Shown in pieces: positions 1 to 15,704 of a DNA stretch of 64,000 nucleotides; within the stretch, counting starts at the first letter, position 1; each line of letters opens with the position of its first letter. The DNA is taken from NCBI RefSeq assembly GCF_009914755.1, contig NC_060932.1; one strand, given 5' to 3'. The notes beneath the pieces were generated by a model. That model did not search any database and was not told the origin of the DNA. It saw only the letters and a list, made by a program, of their open reading frames with translations. Position numbers and translations under genes: made by a program. The stretch comes from the human T2T-CHM13v2.0 reference genome, Homo sapiens.

Positions 1-3000
1 CAACTGGTGTTTGGCACAACCTACTTTGATCAGCTTCTGTTCATCCACCAGCATTCCTATGCCATAGAGAGTCAATGAGGTAAGACTAAGCCAGATGGAC
101 CACCTACAAATCATCTGGAGACCTCTGAATCCATAGCAAAGAAATTAAGACAAAGTTGAGGAAATCTGAACTGCTGGTTCTCCAGCTACTGTAGTCAAAT
201 GAAGAGGACACAGAAGCCCTGAATTTTTGAATTCTTAGGATGAAAAGGGACACATTGGTTGTATGACTAACTTTATAGGGAAAGACCTTCAATACTTATA
301 ATGTGAACTCAATAAATAGTAATGTAGCAAAGAGAAGTTTCCATGGGGAAAATAACATGTAAAGTCAAAACTTAAAAAAAAAAAAAAGTAAGATTTTTCC
401 AAGTTGCATTTCAGAAGAGGGAGGAGAAAAAGCAAAGGAACATGAAACGATGAAAAACAAACTATAACATATTCCTCACCCTTCAACAATAATCTGGAGG
501 TCAAAAGCTAAATTCTTTATCACCAAAGAATCTTTTGACCTTCACATTGGCTTATTGGGTGTAATTGTATTTCCAGAGTCACTCTCTGATTCCTGATACT
601 CCCTTATAAAGTGGCCATCAATGAGCTGAAGAAAGAAAGAGTGGAGCATCTGGATCACTGAACAACGGGCTGGTTTGACCTCAGAAAGATTGTAAAGGTG
701 GCCTTGTGTTAAATGAGTCACTAAGACAAGCCCACACTTAGTTGCAAAGAGCCAGAAGGAAAGCTTGTCTCTGTTGGTGTGAAATGGTGCACAGTCTTCT
801 CATCCATTCATGAAAGGAGGAAAAGACTTTGACCATTGGTGCAGAGCAAAGCTAAAGAGGAAGACCAAGATAATGACATATTTTCTCCACATGCCTTTCA
901 AAATGGTATTTTATTTACTCTTCTTTCAAGTAACGTGAAATAAGGGCACCACTTTTCACAAAATGCAAAATACTTTATGGTTTAATCCTCTCAGCCATTC
1001 TCAAAATGGGTACCAATCTCTATCTTACCTATAAGGAAACCAGGGCTCAGAACAAGTGAAGGGTTTGTTCAAAATCTCCCAGTTAGTCTGAAGCAGAGCA
1101 AAAATCACACACAAGATGATCTGAGTTCAAAACACAAGCTGTGGTCACTAAATGGTCAGAATGAGCTCCTCTGTGCTCTGAGAGCCTGGCAAAGACTGGG
1201 AATGAAATGGACTTCCTTGCCTTAAATGGAAGGTGTTGAGGAAGAAAGAGTTAAGGTCTCACAGAGTTTAACTAAAGGCAAGTTTTCTCTTCCCTCAGGA
1301 AGGAATCGTGGATCATTCTCCAGCTTTTTCTCTAGACCATGTTCTAATAACCTTTCTCTCCACTTGGCTCCTGATCTTATTTCAATTTCTGAGTGTAGGG
1401 GCTTTTCATTCTGAGCACATTATAGTATTCCAGCTTGCCCATCACCCATCTGTCCCAGGAGTGTATCTTGAGGGCTTAAATGCTCAGTGTGGTGGAGGAA
1501 AGTTTAGCACTAGTTTCCTTTGGTAAGGGAATAATTTGCTTATCAAATATTAAACAGAAATGTTTTAGCAGGTTACTAGTTCCTCTGCAGAATGGAACAC
1601 TGCATAGTACTTCATTACCAGCTAATTTCTTCTGCAAATGAATGACTACTTTCTGAATTTAATTAAACTATGTAAACATTATTGTGAGGGGTCCACTCCG
1701 CAACAGAGCTGTGCTCTGCTAGGAGATACAAAAATGAGTAACTCATAGTCTCTGCCTTTGAGACCTCTCAATTCATTTGAGTAAAGTCAGTAAGTGAGTA
1801 GCATTCCATGGATGGGGGTTCTCATAAAGGTGTTTTCGTTCACCTTAGATGTCATTGAGGAATATCAGCAAGTCCTAAATTATCTGATTTTTAAATAATA
1901 GAGTCTTTTACACATGTAGCTATTTTTCATGCATTGCATGTAATTTTCTTTGGTATCTATATGGATATGCTTTGTGTTAGCTTTGATACTGGTCACAGTT
2001 CTTTCCTGAGGACAGAATAGCATATAACTATTAATAATAATGCCAGCATTTGTTGGGTATTTATTATGCATCAGATGTTAGAGCTCTTCTAGTAGAGAAT
2101 CTGTGGCCAGTGAATGTCATGTACTACTGTGGAGCTTTATTCTCCAAGCAACACAGATGATAAATATAGCTATTACTCCAATTTTGCAGATAAAGAAACT
2201 GAGACTCAGAAAGCTTATTAACATGCCCAAAGTCACACAAGAAGAACTGTGGATCCGTTTGACTTTTTCTAAGCTTATTTTTAAACTTTATTAAGACTAA
2301 TCCAGAGATGTTAGTTTTGCATCCCTTTAAGTGTCATCTTGCATCTGTAACAAAATCCTTGAACATTCAGCAAGTTCTCTATCCTGTAGGTGGCATAAAC
2401 TCAACCAATTCCCCAGGTCTGTGTGAGCCCTGGCAATTTTTCAGCTTAGAGTTCCCTGATAATTCTTCTTTCCACAAAGTTTTTCTTTGCCCAGCCTCTT
2501 GGAATTTGGAGCAGTTTATCTTCTCCGGTACTTTGCTCCACAAATTTGAGCTATCGCTGCTTCTGCCCCAATGGTGTCTTCATCCTCAACTCAGATTGCC
2601 AAGCTGTTTTGATCTCTGTTGTTTGCCCCACAGTTCATAGATTGTCTCTAGGCAAAAAGCCAGAATAATTGTGGGGCTTGTCTCATTTGCTTCCCTTCTT
2701 TGGGGGTCTCATTCATGCTCTGTCTGCTGTCCTGTATTGGAAAACTGTTGTCAAATATTTAATTCCATTTTCTAGTCATTTGTGATAAGAAAGTATGCTG
2801 CTAGCAGCAGACATTCTCCCAAGATGTAAAAATGTTCGTGGTGTTTTAAGTGAAAAAAAAAATCACACTTTAATGCGACATATACAGTTTATGCTTATTA
2901 TGGAAAAATATGTTAATATTCTATTGAATGGATCTAAAAATACAGACATAAAATGTTTGAGATGCTTGATATCCCAATTATCATGATTTGATCACTACAC

Positions 3001-4637
3001 ATTATATACACGTATCAAAATATCACATGTACTCCATAATATGTACAACTATTATTTATCGATTAAAAAATGTCAATAGTAGTTTCTAGGTGGGTAAGAT
3101 TGTTGCCATTTTTTTCTTTTTTTTTTTTTTTCTGAGAGGAAACCTACATTGCTTAGATAACATGAAAAGGAAAGCTTCAGGAAAAATTAAATGACAAAAT
3201 ATACAGTCCTTAAAAGCAGAATTACAACTAAAATATGGCATCTATTTTCATCATTAGAGCTGAGTGATGTCAATCAGAATCAGAGCTATCCTACTAGAAA
3301 ACTTAATGGTACTATTTAAGCATTCAAAGATCAATCACTGCTATTTTACTTAACCCCAATTTCTCTCTATCTCAGACTAAAAAAAAAAATGTATCCAAGG
3401 TGTTTCTTTATTGTTCCCAATAATTTCCCCAAATGGTAGCAATGCCTCCACTTTACAAAGGGTTTCTGCCTAAAGTTTTTCTTAACACCTTTGTCCCTCT
3501 GAGCTGTGTTGGTAATTTGTTTAAAAATTGCTATTTTATTTTTCTCTTTCTCTGGTCTGTTTTATCCTGAGAGGAAGAAGGAAGTTGACGTTTACCACTA
3601 TGGATCCAGCACTGTGTTCTCATTCATATACTTGATTTTATTTGATTTTCAAAATAATCCTGCAAAGTATTTTGAATTCACTTTAGGTTGAAAGTGGAGA
3701 GACAGTCTCAAAAGACAAAGCACTTGCCCAAGATTATAAAACTAGTAAGCAACAAATCTAGAATTGAGCTCTGGTATCTAGATGTATTTTCCAATTTCTT
3801 GAAAGACTATTATTTAGGAATTAGGTAGAATTTCCCCTCCCTTTATGTCCTCTCCTCAATTTCCATCAAAGTTTTATAATATGCAAGTTAGTTCACAAAA
3901 AACATGTGGCTCTCTCCTCTTCCAACCATGTGCCTGGGCACAACTCTGCATAGTATATATACCAAAATAGTCTCTGAGCATATATATGCAGATTTGTGAG
4001 GTCATTTTCATTTCAGTTATCATCTTCTCTCTACTTCCATAGCACTCAGTTAATTCATTTATATATTCTTTCCTTTAACTGATATGCCTGGGACCCAGGT
4101 TATGTAGTAATAAGTAAGACTCGATTTCTCCTTTCAGGGTGCTCAGAGTCTAATGTGAACACACATCCACTCAGTGTAGTAAGTATAGTGTTAGAAGTGG
4201 CCATGGAGTCCTACAGATGCATAAAGAAAGGGCTCTTTATTTAATTTGCAGAGGAGAGGAGATCAGAAATGGCTTCTTGGAGAATATCATAACTGAGTCA
4301 AATATCAAAAGCTATGTAAAAGTGAGGCAGGTGGGTAACATAGGAAAGAGGATTCAGGTGCTGGGAATATTACACAAAAAATACTTGTAAGCATGGAAGA
4401 ACACAGTGTAAGTGAAAACTCATGAACATTTAAAGCTAGTTGAAGAACAAGTAAGATGGCGGAATGGTGAGAAGGAAGATGGAAACTTAGACACAATTCA
4501 GATCTTAAGATGGAAAGTTTACATCTTAAACCAAAGATTGAATAGTCATTGAAGATTTTCAGGAAACAAATGATGTAATCAGATCTCCTCTTAGTGAAAT
4601 CATGTAGGATACCAATATAAAGAATGCTCACATATTT

Positions 4638-7072
4638 TACTAAAAGTATTCCAAAAGATAAAGAGGGAATACTCCTTAAATTATTCTATAAGGCCAGTAT
4701 CATCCTAATACCAAAACCAGGAAAGGATATAACAAAAATAGAAAAATACAGACCAATATCTCTGATGAACATAGATGCAAAAATCCTCAACAAAATGCTA
4801 GCTAACTGAGTCCAACAGCATATCAAAAAGCTAACACACCATGATCGAGTGGGTTTCATACCAGGAATGCAGGGATGGTTGAACATTTGCAAGTCAATAA
4901 ATGTGATACATCATAAACAGAATTAAAAACAAAATTCATCTTAATAGATGCATAAAAAGGCATTTGACAAAATTTAACATCCCTTTATAATTAAAAGCCT
5001 CAGCAAAATCAGCTTAGAAGGGACATGCCTTAAGGTAATAAAAGCCATCTATGACAAACCCACAGCCAACATTATACCGAACAGGAAAAAGGTGAAAACA
5101 TTCCCCTGAGAACTGGAACAAAACAAGGATACCCACTTTCACCACTTCTTTTTAACATAGTACTAGAAGTCCTAGCTAGAGCAATCAGACAAGAGAAAGA
5201 AATAAAGGGCATCCAAATCAGTAAAGAGGAAGTCAAACTGCTGCTATTCACTGATGATATGATCATATACATAGCAAACCCTAAAGACTCATCCACAAAG
5301 CTCCTAGATTTGTTAAATGAATTCAGCAAATTTCCGGGATACAAAATCAGTGTACACATATCAGTAGCACTGCTATATGCCAACAACCAAGCTGAGAATA
5401 AAATCGAGTACTCAACGCATTTCATAACAGCTGCAAAAAAATAAAATAAAATACTTAGGAATATACTTTACCAAGGAGGCAAAAGAGTTCTGCAAGGAAA
5501 ACTACAAAACGTTGCTGAAAGAAATCATCCATGACACAAACAGATGGAAACACATCCCATGTTCATGGATGGGTAGAATCAAAATTGTGAAAATGACCAT
5601 GCTGCCAAAAACAGTCTATAAATTCAGTACAATTCCCATCAAAATACCATCATCATTCTTCACAGAACTATAACAAAAAATACTAAAATTCATATGGAAT
5701 CAACACAGAGCCCATGTAGCCAAAGCCTGACTAAGCGAAAAGAACAAATCTGATGGCATCACATTACCCGACTTCAAACTATACTACAAGGCTATCATTA
5801 CCAGAACAGCATGGTACTGGTATAAAAATAAGCAGGTAGACCAATGGAACAGAATAGAGAACCCTGAAATAAAGCCAAATACTTACAGCCAACTGATCTT
5901 TGACAAAGCAAACAAAAACATAAAGTGAGGAAAGGACACCCTATTCAACAAATGGTGCTGGGATAATTGGCAAGCCACATGTAGAAGAATGAAGCTGGAT
6001 CCTCATCTCTCACCTTATACACAAATCAACTAAAGATGAATCAAATACTTAAATCTAAGACCTGAAACTATAAAAATTCTAGAAAATAACATTGGAAAAA
6101 CTCTTCTAGACATTGGCTTAGGCAAAGAGTACATGACCAAGAACCCAAAAGCAAATGCAACAAAAACAAAAAATAAATAGAGGGGACCTGATTAAACTGA
6201 AAACCTTCTGCACAGCAGAATAAATAAACAGCAGAGTAAAAAGACAACCCGCAGAGTAAAAAGACAACCCACGGAGTGGGAGAAAATATTCACAAACTAT
6301 GCATCCGACAAGGGACTAACATCCAGAATCTACAAGGAACTCATAGGAATCAGCAAGAAAAAAAAACAAATAATCCCATCAAGAAGTGGGCAAAGGACGT
6401 GAATAGACAATTTTCAAAAGCAGATATACAAATGGCCAATGAGCATATGAAAAAAATACTTAACATCCCTAATTATCAGGGAAATACAAATTAAAACCAC
6501 GATGAGATACCACCTTCCTCCTGCAAGAATAACCATAATTAAAAAATTGAAAAATAACAGATGATGGCATGGATGTGAGGCAAAAGGAACACTTTTACAT
6601 GGCTGAAGGGAATTTGAACTAGTACAACCACTATGGGAAACAGTATGGAGATTCCAAATAGAACTACTATTTGATCCAGCAATCCCATATATATGGCATT
6701 CCTATATATACCATGGAATACTACACAGCCATAAAAAGGAATGAAATAACGGCATTCACAGCAACCTGAATGGAGTTGGAGACCATTATTCTAAGTGAAA
6801 TAACTCAAGAATGGAAAACCAAGCATCGTATATTCTCACTTATAAGTGGGAGCTAAGCTGTGAGGATGCAAAGGCGTAAGAATGATATAATGGACTTTGA
6901 AGACTTAGGGGGAAGGGTGGAAGTGAGGTGAGGGATAAAAGACTACACATTGGGTACAGTGTACACTGCTCAGGTGATGGGTGCACCAAAATCTCAGAAT
7001 CACCACTAAAGAACTTTTCCATGTAACCAAACACCACCTGGTCCCCCAAAACTATTGAAATGAAAATAAAAA
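4638..7072 (+). mobile_element. 5'-truncated LINE-1 (L1PB-like), degenerate ORF2 RT/C-terminal region plus 3' UTR
   Basis: ORF fragments [21 protein letters not shown] and [19 protein letters not shown] match L1 ORF2. The 3' UTR GGGATAAAAGACTACACATTGGGTACAGTGTACACTGCTC is L1PB-type. A-rich end near 7065. Many stops and frameshifts. Confidence 0.93.
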
Positions 7073-7078
7073 GTCTAA

Positions 7079-7396
<318 letters not shown>

Positions 7397-7818
7397 CTTC
7401 ACGTATTTTTGAGGGCACAATTCAATCCACAGTAGAAGGCATCAAGAAGGAGGAACTTGTAAACAGTGTAATATTCCATTAAAAGGGAAAATATATAAGG
7501 ACTGTGAAATGTCTGTTGTGTTTGGCAACAGTGGGGCCATTAGGACTTTAAGAAAACTGATTTGAATGGAGTAGGTTACTCCTGGGACACTGAGAACACT
7601 ATGACACAGTCTGTACTTGGCAGAGCTCAATCTAATGAAGAAAACAAGCAAAGAGTTAGAGAAAGTCTTCACACTTTGCCTTCAAGGGTCACAGAAAGCT
7701 TCCTGGAAGAGACGACAATGGAAATAGGTTTTAAAGCAAAAATAAGTCATTCAAAAGGGAGGGGGAAGCATATCAACCTAGAGGAACAGGGTGGTCAAAG
7801 ACAAAAAAGGTGGAGAAT

Positions 7819-8217
<399 letters not shown>

Positions 8218-11214
8218 TTAGTAGAGAGCAGAAGGTAAGGTAGAAAAAGATTAATCCAGAGAAGGCATGAGCAACCAGGTTTCAAATGCAGGACTTATGA
8301 ATTCTGCCTTCCCACTACTAAGCTTCTTAGCATTTTTTTGTCCTGGCCCAATTTAGAAAACCATTTTGTGGGGGTCCCATTAGGTTCAGCTTTCAGTTGC
8401 TGGAAGAGCATGGACTGACATATGCCACAAAGCAGGTCAGAAAATGACTTTCTGTCAACATTCATCCCTACTCCACGCTCCCCACCTCTACAACATTAAC
8501 AAGAAAATGAGAACGCCTGCCCAGATGTCCTGTTGGATGTCACTGGGTAAATTATCTTTTATTAAGAATCTGTAATTGTTCTTCACTGAGCCGTGACCTA
8601 AATTTAGCGGTGCTGAAGAGTGAGCCCCAGCCAACAGGATTTCCCTGAGAACACGATGAAGTTCCTGTATCAATTCGATTCATTAACTAGAAAGAGGGAA
8701 CAAGCAGCCAGCTTTTTTTTTCTGCCCCCATTCTTCAGTGAATCATTTGTTAGTTTGACCAGAATTTTTGTGAGATCCAGTCTACAATTCTGTAAGAAAA
8801 AAAGACAGCAAACCTCATTCAAATACTTCTTGCGACATTAATTCCGAGGCAGAAACCAAATTACATTAAGCAGATCTGATTGTCTTGCTATTAAAGACCT
8901 TGGGTTTACTCACTGAGTATTTTCAGCCTGAAGAGAAGAAATGCTCTCAATTTGGGTAGGGTGTTTGGTAACTCGGGATAAAATGAATAAGAGCCAACTT
9001 GGCTCACAAGTGGATTTAAAAACAGGAAGAAAGAGAGAGAAAAAAATAAGAAAAAGGCAAATACAATACAAACCTAGTACAAGCTTCCAGTGAAAATTTG
9101 CGTGTTTGTAATAAAGCTTATAAGAAGGAAGAGAACCAATATAAATTCTTGCTATGTCTAAGAACGCCTCTAATTATGACAGCCCAGTTGAGGTCCAGAG
9201 AGGGACACACAGTTTCTAAAGAACTGAATCAAAATTTAAAGCTACATCTTCTGACTTAAACTCCAACGTTCCTTTACCCTAACAGTAATTTTTGAATTTT
9301 GACAGTGTGAACTGCTGACTAGTGATCAAGAATGTCTTGGAATCTCATAGGCTGATACCTGCACAGGTAGAAAGCAAACAGACCTCAACTCGAGTATCAT
9401 TCCTCATTTTTTGACAGCAATCCCCAAAAAAGAATCATTTCATGGCTCCATCTCCTGCTTCCCTGGCTGGAACCACCTGATGGCTAAGGTCTTATTGTTT
9501 AGGCATTTCACGCATCCTTATGTGAGAAGTACAAAAGCACCTGGAATAGAGAAGACAGTCTACAACATACCCTCCTGAAGCTCAGTCTTTAGTCAGGAGG
9601 CTAAGAGACATACACATTCTGATATTAATGTATAGTGACATCATGCTTTCACTGACATCATCTCAATGGAGTCTCACAGCAAATTTGTAAGGTAGTCTGA
9701 ACAGATGACATTATCCCTATTGTATAAGTGAAGAAACTGAGGTTTAATGGGTTGAGTCACTGGCCCAATGTCACAAAGATAGTGAGTGGCAAAACCTAGC
9801 ATGAAGCCCAGAGTATGTGGCTCTGCGTTAGTATTTCTCACAGCCCACTGTAATGACTGTCAGGTTGCTTTTAAGATTATGAAAGTCCTATATTGAATTG
9901 TCATTCGAATTGAGACCTTGAAGTCTGAAGACGGAATTACTTGGGAAGAAGCATCACAGTATCTTAGAAGAGTGTCCCTCCATGAAGCAGATTTGGGGTC
10001 TCATTCCGTTTCTGTACTTACAGTAATGGACCATGTTAGGCAAGTCATTTAACACATTTGGACCCCAGCTTCCAAATCTATACAATGGAAGGTATAATTG
10101 GAGAGAGTATAAAGCCTTTAGTGCCCACTTTACTTGAGAGATTTTCAGAGCAGTCAATGAGACTTTAGAAATAAAAGTGAACTTAAAACATAAAGTGCTT
10201 TATAAACCCCAGCATTGCCTGAAGCCCTGAGATTGCTTGATGGCCCATTGCGTATATTCACAGGCACTGCCCCAACTGGCCCTTACTACAACTCTAGAAA
10301 TGACAGGCATTCATTCTTCCAATCCACAGATGAGGCAACTACGAAGTGTTATTTTTAACCCCTCATTTTTTAAGGAGAAAAACTGAGCTTGAGCACATTA
10401 AAAAATGTGGCCCAGAGTCAATATGGTATATGTTGACCTTGGAATTCGAGAAAAGTCTTCTGTCACAAGAGCAGAAGCCACAAACTCAAATACTTTTAGG
10501 GTTATGTTACCAATTGTGGAACACATGTGCATGAAATGAGCTGAGTAAGATGCCAAATGACCTGGTATTGGAGAGGCAATAGGGAGTGGTGGGGCCTGTA
10601 GCAAACTAGAGAGAGCATGGCTCAGTTAAAAGAGAGTGGCAGCAACTCAACTCCAGCCAATTGTTGCCATACAATATTAAGCCCAGGGATTTCAGAACTT
10701 CTAGCTAGAAAAATAGAGGCTAGATATGTATATTCCTGTTCAAAATTGCCTCAATTAGAAGATATTAGCAAGTAATTCAAATGCAATACACTTTTGTATT
10801 ATCACTATACTGGTCCACCTAATAAGGGGACAGTTTGCTTCCTGCTCTCACAAAGTGTTTCAGACTAAGTTATGACCACTTAAGTATGCAAAGACAAAAC
10901 AGTGTATCAGTAATGCAGTGATTGTGAGCATGTACTTCAGAAACAAATGATCTGGGTTCAAATCCTGGTGTTGACATTAAGTAGTTTAATAACCTCGGGC
11001 AAGTCACTTGACTTCTCTATACCTCAGTTTCCCTATCTGTAAAATGGAAGTAATAAGAGTACTTACTCCTTTCAGTGGTTGTGACTATCAAATGAATTGA
11101 CATAGGTAAAACAATTAGAACAGTTCCTGACACACGGTAAGAGTCATGTAAATATCAATGCTTATGAAAGCTCTCATCCCAGGATAAGCATCTCCTAGAA
11201 AACATCTTCGTCCA

Positions 11215-11471
11215 TGTACCAGATTAATCATATTTATTCTGCAGTTGATATTTATGCCACATGTTCTTTCTGGGTAGAGAAGCCTGAAGTTATTCTGTTT
11301 ATCCTGACCTTGGAAAAGACAAAGCAGCTCATGTCCCCAGGGATCTAAAAATTTCACTGGGAATGATCACCCAGTGTCTCCAAAACCTCAGCCAGCATTT
11401 CTCTATTCACAGCTGCACTGAAGAGCTTCCTTCCTGGCTTGTGTCTCCAAAAGGGGATACGATGGCAAGGT
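11215..11471 (-). ncRNA. Candidate terminal exon of an extended CASC19-locus isoform
   Basis: Minus-strand acceptor CTAAT...CCCCTTTCCTTCCTCTTACAG|A at 11472/11471, with a branch-point-like CTAAT about 30 nt upstream. AATAAA on the minus strand at 11233-11238. The 3' end is approximate. Confidence 0.5.
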
Positions 11472-11925
11472 CTGTAAGAGGAAGGAAAGGGGACCTTTTT
11501 AATTAGCTTTCTCTTTTGAATGACGCCATCACAGATCTGATTCATTTCCATGAATTGAAAAAAAAAAAAAAAGCAGGGTAGGTGGTAAGCACTCTGTAAG
11601 GAATGAATGAAACTGTCAGGAGAGCACAGATTAGAGGAAAGCTGAAGCTGGAGAAAACAGCCATGTGAACTTGGCCCTCCACCATGACCCACGTTTAGGC
11701 CAGGAGATGATGTCAAAATCTAAATTTAAAATGGAGGTGGCAAAAGGTTTGCTTCCATGATTGGCAAGGAGAGGCCAAAAGAGAGATGGAAATGTTGGTC
11801 TGATTCTCAGTGTTATAGAAAGTACCAAATGGGCTATCTGGAAACTTTTATGAAAGGGTCTCCTGTTTGCAGATCTAGTTCTGTGATATTCCACAGGAAG
11901 ATTTTCTGCTTTCAGGTCACCTTAT

Positions 11926-11926
<1 letters not shown>

Positions 11927-11978
<52 letters not shown>

Positions 11979-11983
11979 GTGTG
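11927..11983. repeat. (TG)n microsatellite
   Basis: About 20 perfect TG units followed by TA-interrupted units. Confidence 0.97.
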
Positions 11984-13839
11984 CACATAATACATTTACA
12001 TGAAAGTTCACAAGCCTGAGGCAGCCTACTAATTGCATGGCATGGTCTTTCCTGCAGACATTTACTCGATGATAAGCCAATGTGCCTCTTTGGAGACTGA
12101 AGAACAGGACTCAGATCTATGGAATCTGGAGGTAGCACCATTTCTCCGCTAGTTTTCATGTTGTAGGCTCAGTATTAATGTCCTTATTACATTAAATCAT
12201 CTTTCCTCACATCAGTCCTTGGAAGTAGATATTAATTCTACACAATAGATGGAGAAACAGGCCCATAGAAGTCTACTAACTTGCCATAGCTACATAGCTA
12301 CTGAGTGGGATTTTGGTTAGGTCTGACTTCTTCAAAAGCCTATGCTCTTTTTACTGCCCCCATGCGATCTTCAAAAGAATTACTTGATAAACAAGAGGTT
12401 TTTGCACACAAGGCTATTAACCATTCTCCAAACCATCACTTCCCTCCATGCCATTGAGTTTCTTTACTTCTGCTGGGAAACTTCTACTGTCATTTTAAGA
12501 CCTAATTCAAAAATCCTGTCCTCAGTGAAGGTTTCACTGACCTACCATTCCCTCAGCCAGATACCATCTTTGTCATTTCTGGGATGTCACAGCCTATAGT
12601 ATAGGGCTCAGCTGTGTCAGTGATTATACCAGATAATGGGCAGGAATGGCTTTCTGAAATTTGATGAACCTCGTCATGTCTAGGCCAAGTCATGCTCATC
12701 ATCGACGTCCAGTCCAGTGCCTGACTCATGGTGTCAACAAACCTATCTTGTATGTGTTTGTAGAAGGAAGAAAGGAAGGAAGGAAGGAAAAACCAAAGGA
12801 AGGGAGGGAGGGAGAGAGGCAGCAGGCATACAGACATGATTTCATTTTCATAAGCAAAAGAGACTTAAGTAAGAATCATTACTCTTTTTACTGAAGTAAA
12901 AAGTCTTTTAGATTTTGATTCAACAAATTGATTCCTGGTCTAGGCTCCACTACTATATAATAGCTCATACAGAGCATGTATGTATGTATGTGTGGACCTC
13001 AGTTTCCCTCAACTGACCAGAGTACATTGCTTGTCTCCAAATGTTCATTAAATATCCTGCAAAGCCTTGAACTCATCAATTCTGCTAACATTTTATTGTA
13101 TCCTGGCTAAAGTTAACTCAACTCTGGCAGCAAGGAAACCAACTCAGATGGGAGCAGATGGCTTTCATATACGTTATTTGCTCTGTTGTCAGTTTGAATT
13201 CTTGCTGTTTGTATTTGTTTAGTTCTAAAGCCTTCCCCAACCCCACCTGAAAAAAAAAATGTTTCTATCTGGGTCAACAGGTGTCACTGTTGAGCAATAC
13301 AACTAAGCCCCCCTACACCCCAACATTTTGGTGCTGAAAACCCTGGCTGCTTACAAGGCCCACCCTCTGCTCAGTCCTGATGTTATCAAGTGAGTGAAAT
13401 CTATAGTCACTGTGTCAGTTGCCTGAACAGACCTCCAAGGAGCACCAGTATAGATTTTTCTTAATGATCTAATTTCTGAATGCAACTGTAGACCTTACTA
13501 CCCAGAAAAGGAGGCAACTAGGAAGAAGAAACTATAACTGTTTCCATTTGCAAGAGGTAGCATTAGTGGAGGAGTCTTGTTGCTCCATTTAGAACGTCTA
13601 AACTTTAGTGCTTGCACTATCCCAACCAGCTGCCTCTGTTATAATGGGCTCAAGCCAGAGGAGCCCCCACAGCAAGTTGGCACAGGAGTGAGATAGGTTG
13701 CAGATCACCAAACAGACCAGATTATTAGTTTAGATCATAGATCTTCCAGGACACCCAGAGTTATTCAGGAAGAATTTAAGGGGAATGTATTCACAGAAAG
13801 TAGGTGGGGATAGAGCAAAAGAAATGCGTCAATTGCTAC

Positions 13840-13928
13840 CTGTTTATTACTCTCAGGCTGATGTGGCCGGGGAGATGTGGAATTGTGTAGAATGGAATGC
13901 GATGGAATATGAAATGGTGTGGAATACA
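13840..13928 (-). ncRNA. Candidate internal lncRNA exon (89 nt)
   Basis: Minus-strand acceptor TTCTGTTTGCATTCCTATAG| at 13929/13928 and a weaker donor CAG|GTAGCA at 13840/13839. Confidence 0.4.
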
Positions 13929-14836
13929 CTATAGGAATGCAAACAGAATGAAATCAAATGAAATGGACCAGAACAGACCAGGACATAAAACAGATTATTG
14001 TGTCAAAATTACGAAATGAAATACAGAATGCAACAGAATTAGATGGACTTTTTCATTAAATGCTTTGAGACATATAGAGATGTGTTTAATTGGCTTGAAA
14101 GTCATTAGCAAATTCAGGAAATTGTCATTATAGTTCCAGGCCAGATGATTTAGCTACATAGGGACCTAAAAGTCTGGTGCTTTTCTTGAGTTATTCTACT
14201 TTAAAATTAGCACAAGTGGTCACCTGTCATGGCCCACAACTGGCACTCTGTTGTCACAACTAACATTTATTGCCTCTTTGCTGGACCCTCTGTATGTATT
14301 ATTTCATTCAATTATTCTGTCATTCAAATGGCTGAGGTCCTATTTTGATCTCCATTTTATAGATGGGGAAATCGAGGCACCAGAAGGTTAAGACAATTGC
14401 CCAAGACCACACGGCTGGAAAGTAGTGGAATCAGAATTCAAACATCAGGCAGTTTGGCTTGAGCTCCTACATGCTAAACCACCACACACACTGCCTCTTA
14501 TCATGCCAGGGGCTCATATCCTATGACACTTAAATATAGAAATATTAAGATCTGCGTATTCTGTTTTAGCCACAAAATATTACCTGCCAAAAGGCTGGAA
14601 AACTTGGGAGAGTCACTGCTCTGATACAGAAACGATAACACAGCAGCACTTAACTCTTCTGCCATACTCAACACAACCAACACCACACTGGTCCCTTCTA
14701 TTTTTAAACAAGGTTTCATTGGAGGCTTCCCTGATCCTATTAAACATTCCTAATCCTGATACTCATTTGCTCAGCAAACATTTCCTAAGGGTCTGCAATG
14801 AATGCAGGCAATCCAATCATTCATTTACTCATTTAA

Positions 14837-15235
<399 letters not shown>

Positions 15236-15704
15236 TAAAAAGATACTCAGCAATAATTTTTTAAAAGACAATGCAAGAAAAATATAGAATTAATAATTAA
15301 GTAACTAGGATCTCCCCTAACTGAGATCCTAGAATGCCCATTTTTTAAAACGCCCCACTGAGGCTACTGATAGCTGCCTTTGTTAAGTGTTTACTACTTG
15401 AGAGAGGCTGTACAGTCTGCTCACTGAGAGAGACTGCCTGAGCTCAAACCCTGGCTCTAACACCAAATAGCCTTGTCTCCTTGCGTGAGCTACTAAAGCA
15501 CTCTGTACCTCAGTTTCCTCATCTATTAGATGGAGTTAATAGTATAGCTTGAAAGATAAAACAAGTTAATGTACCTGAAGCACTTTACAGCTTAATACAA
15601 ATTAAGAATTTCATAATGTCAGCTATTATTATTTTCCAGGCCTTGCATCATGTACTTAGTAGATATTATCTCTTTTTTTTAACACTGAGTAACAAGGAGT
15701 TTTT

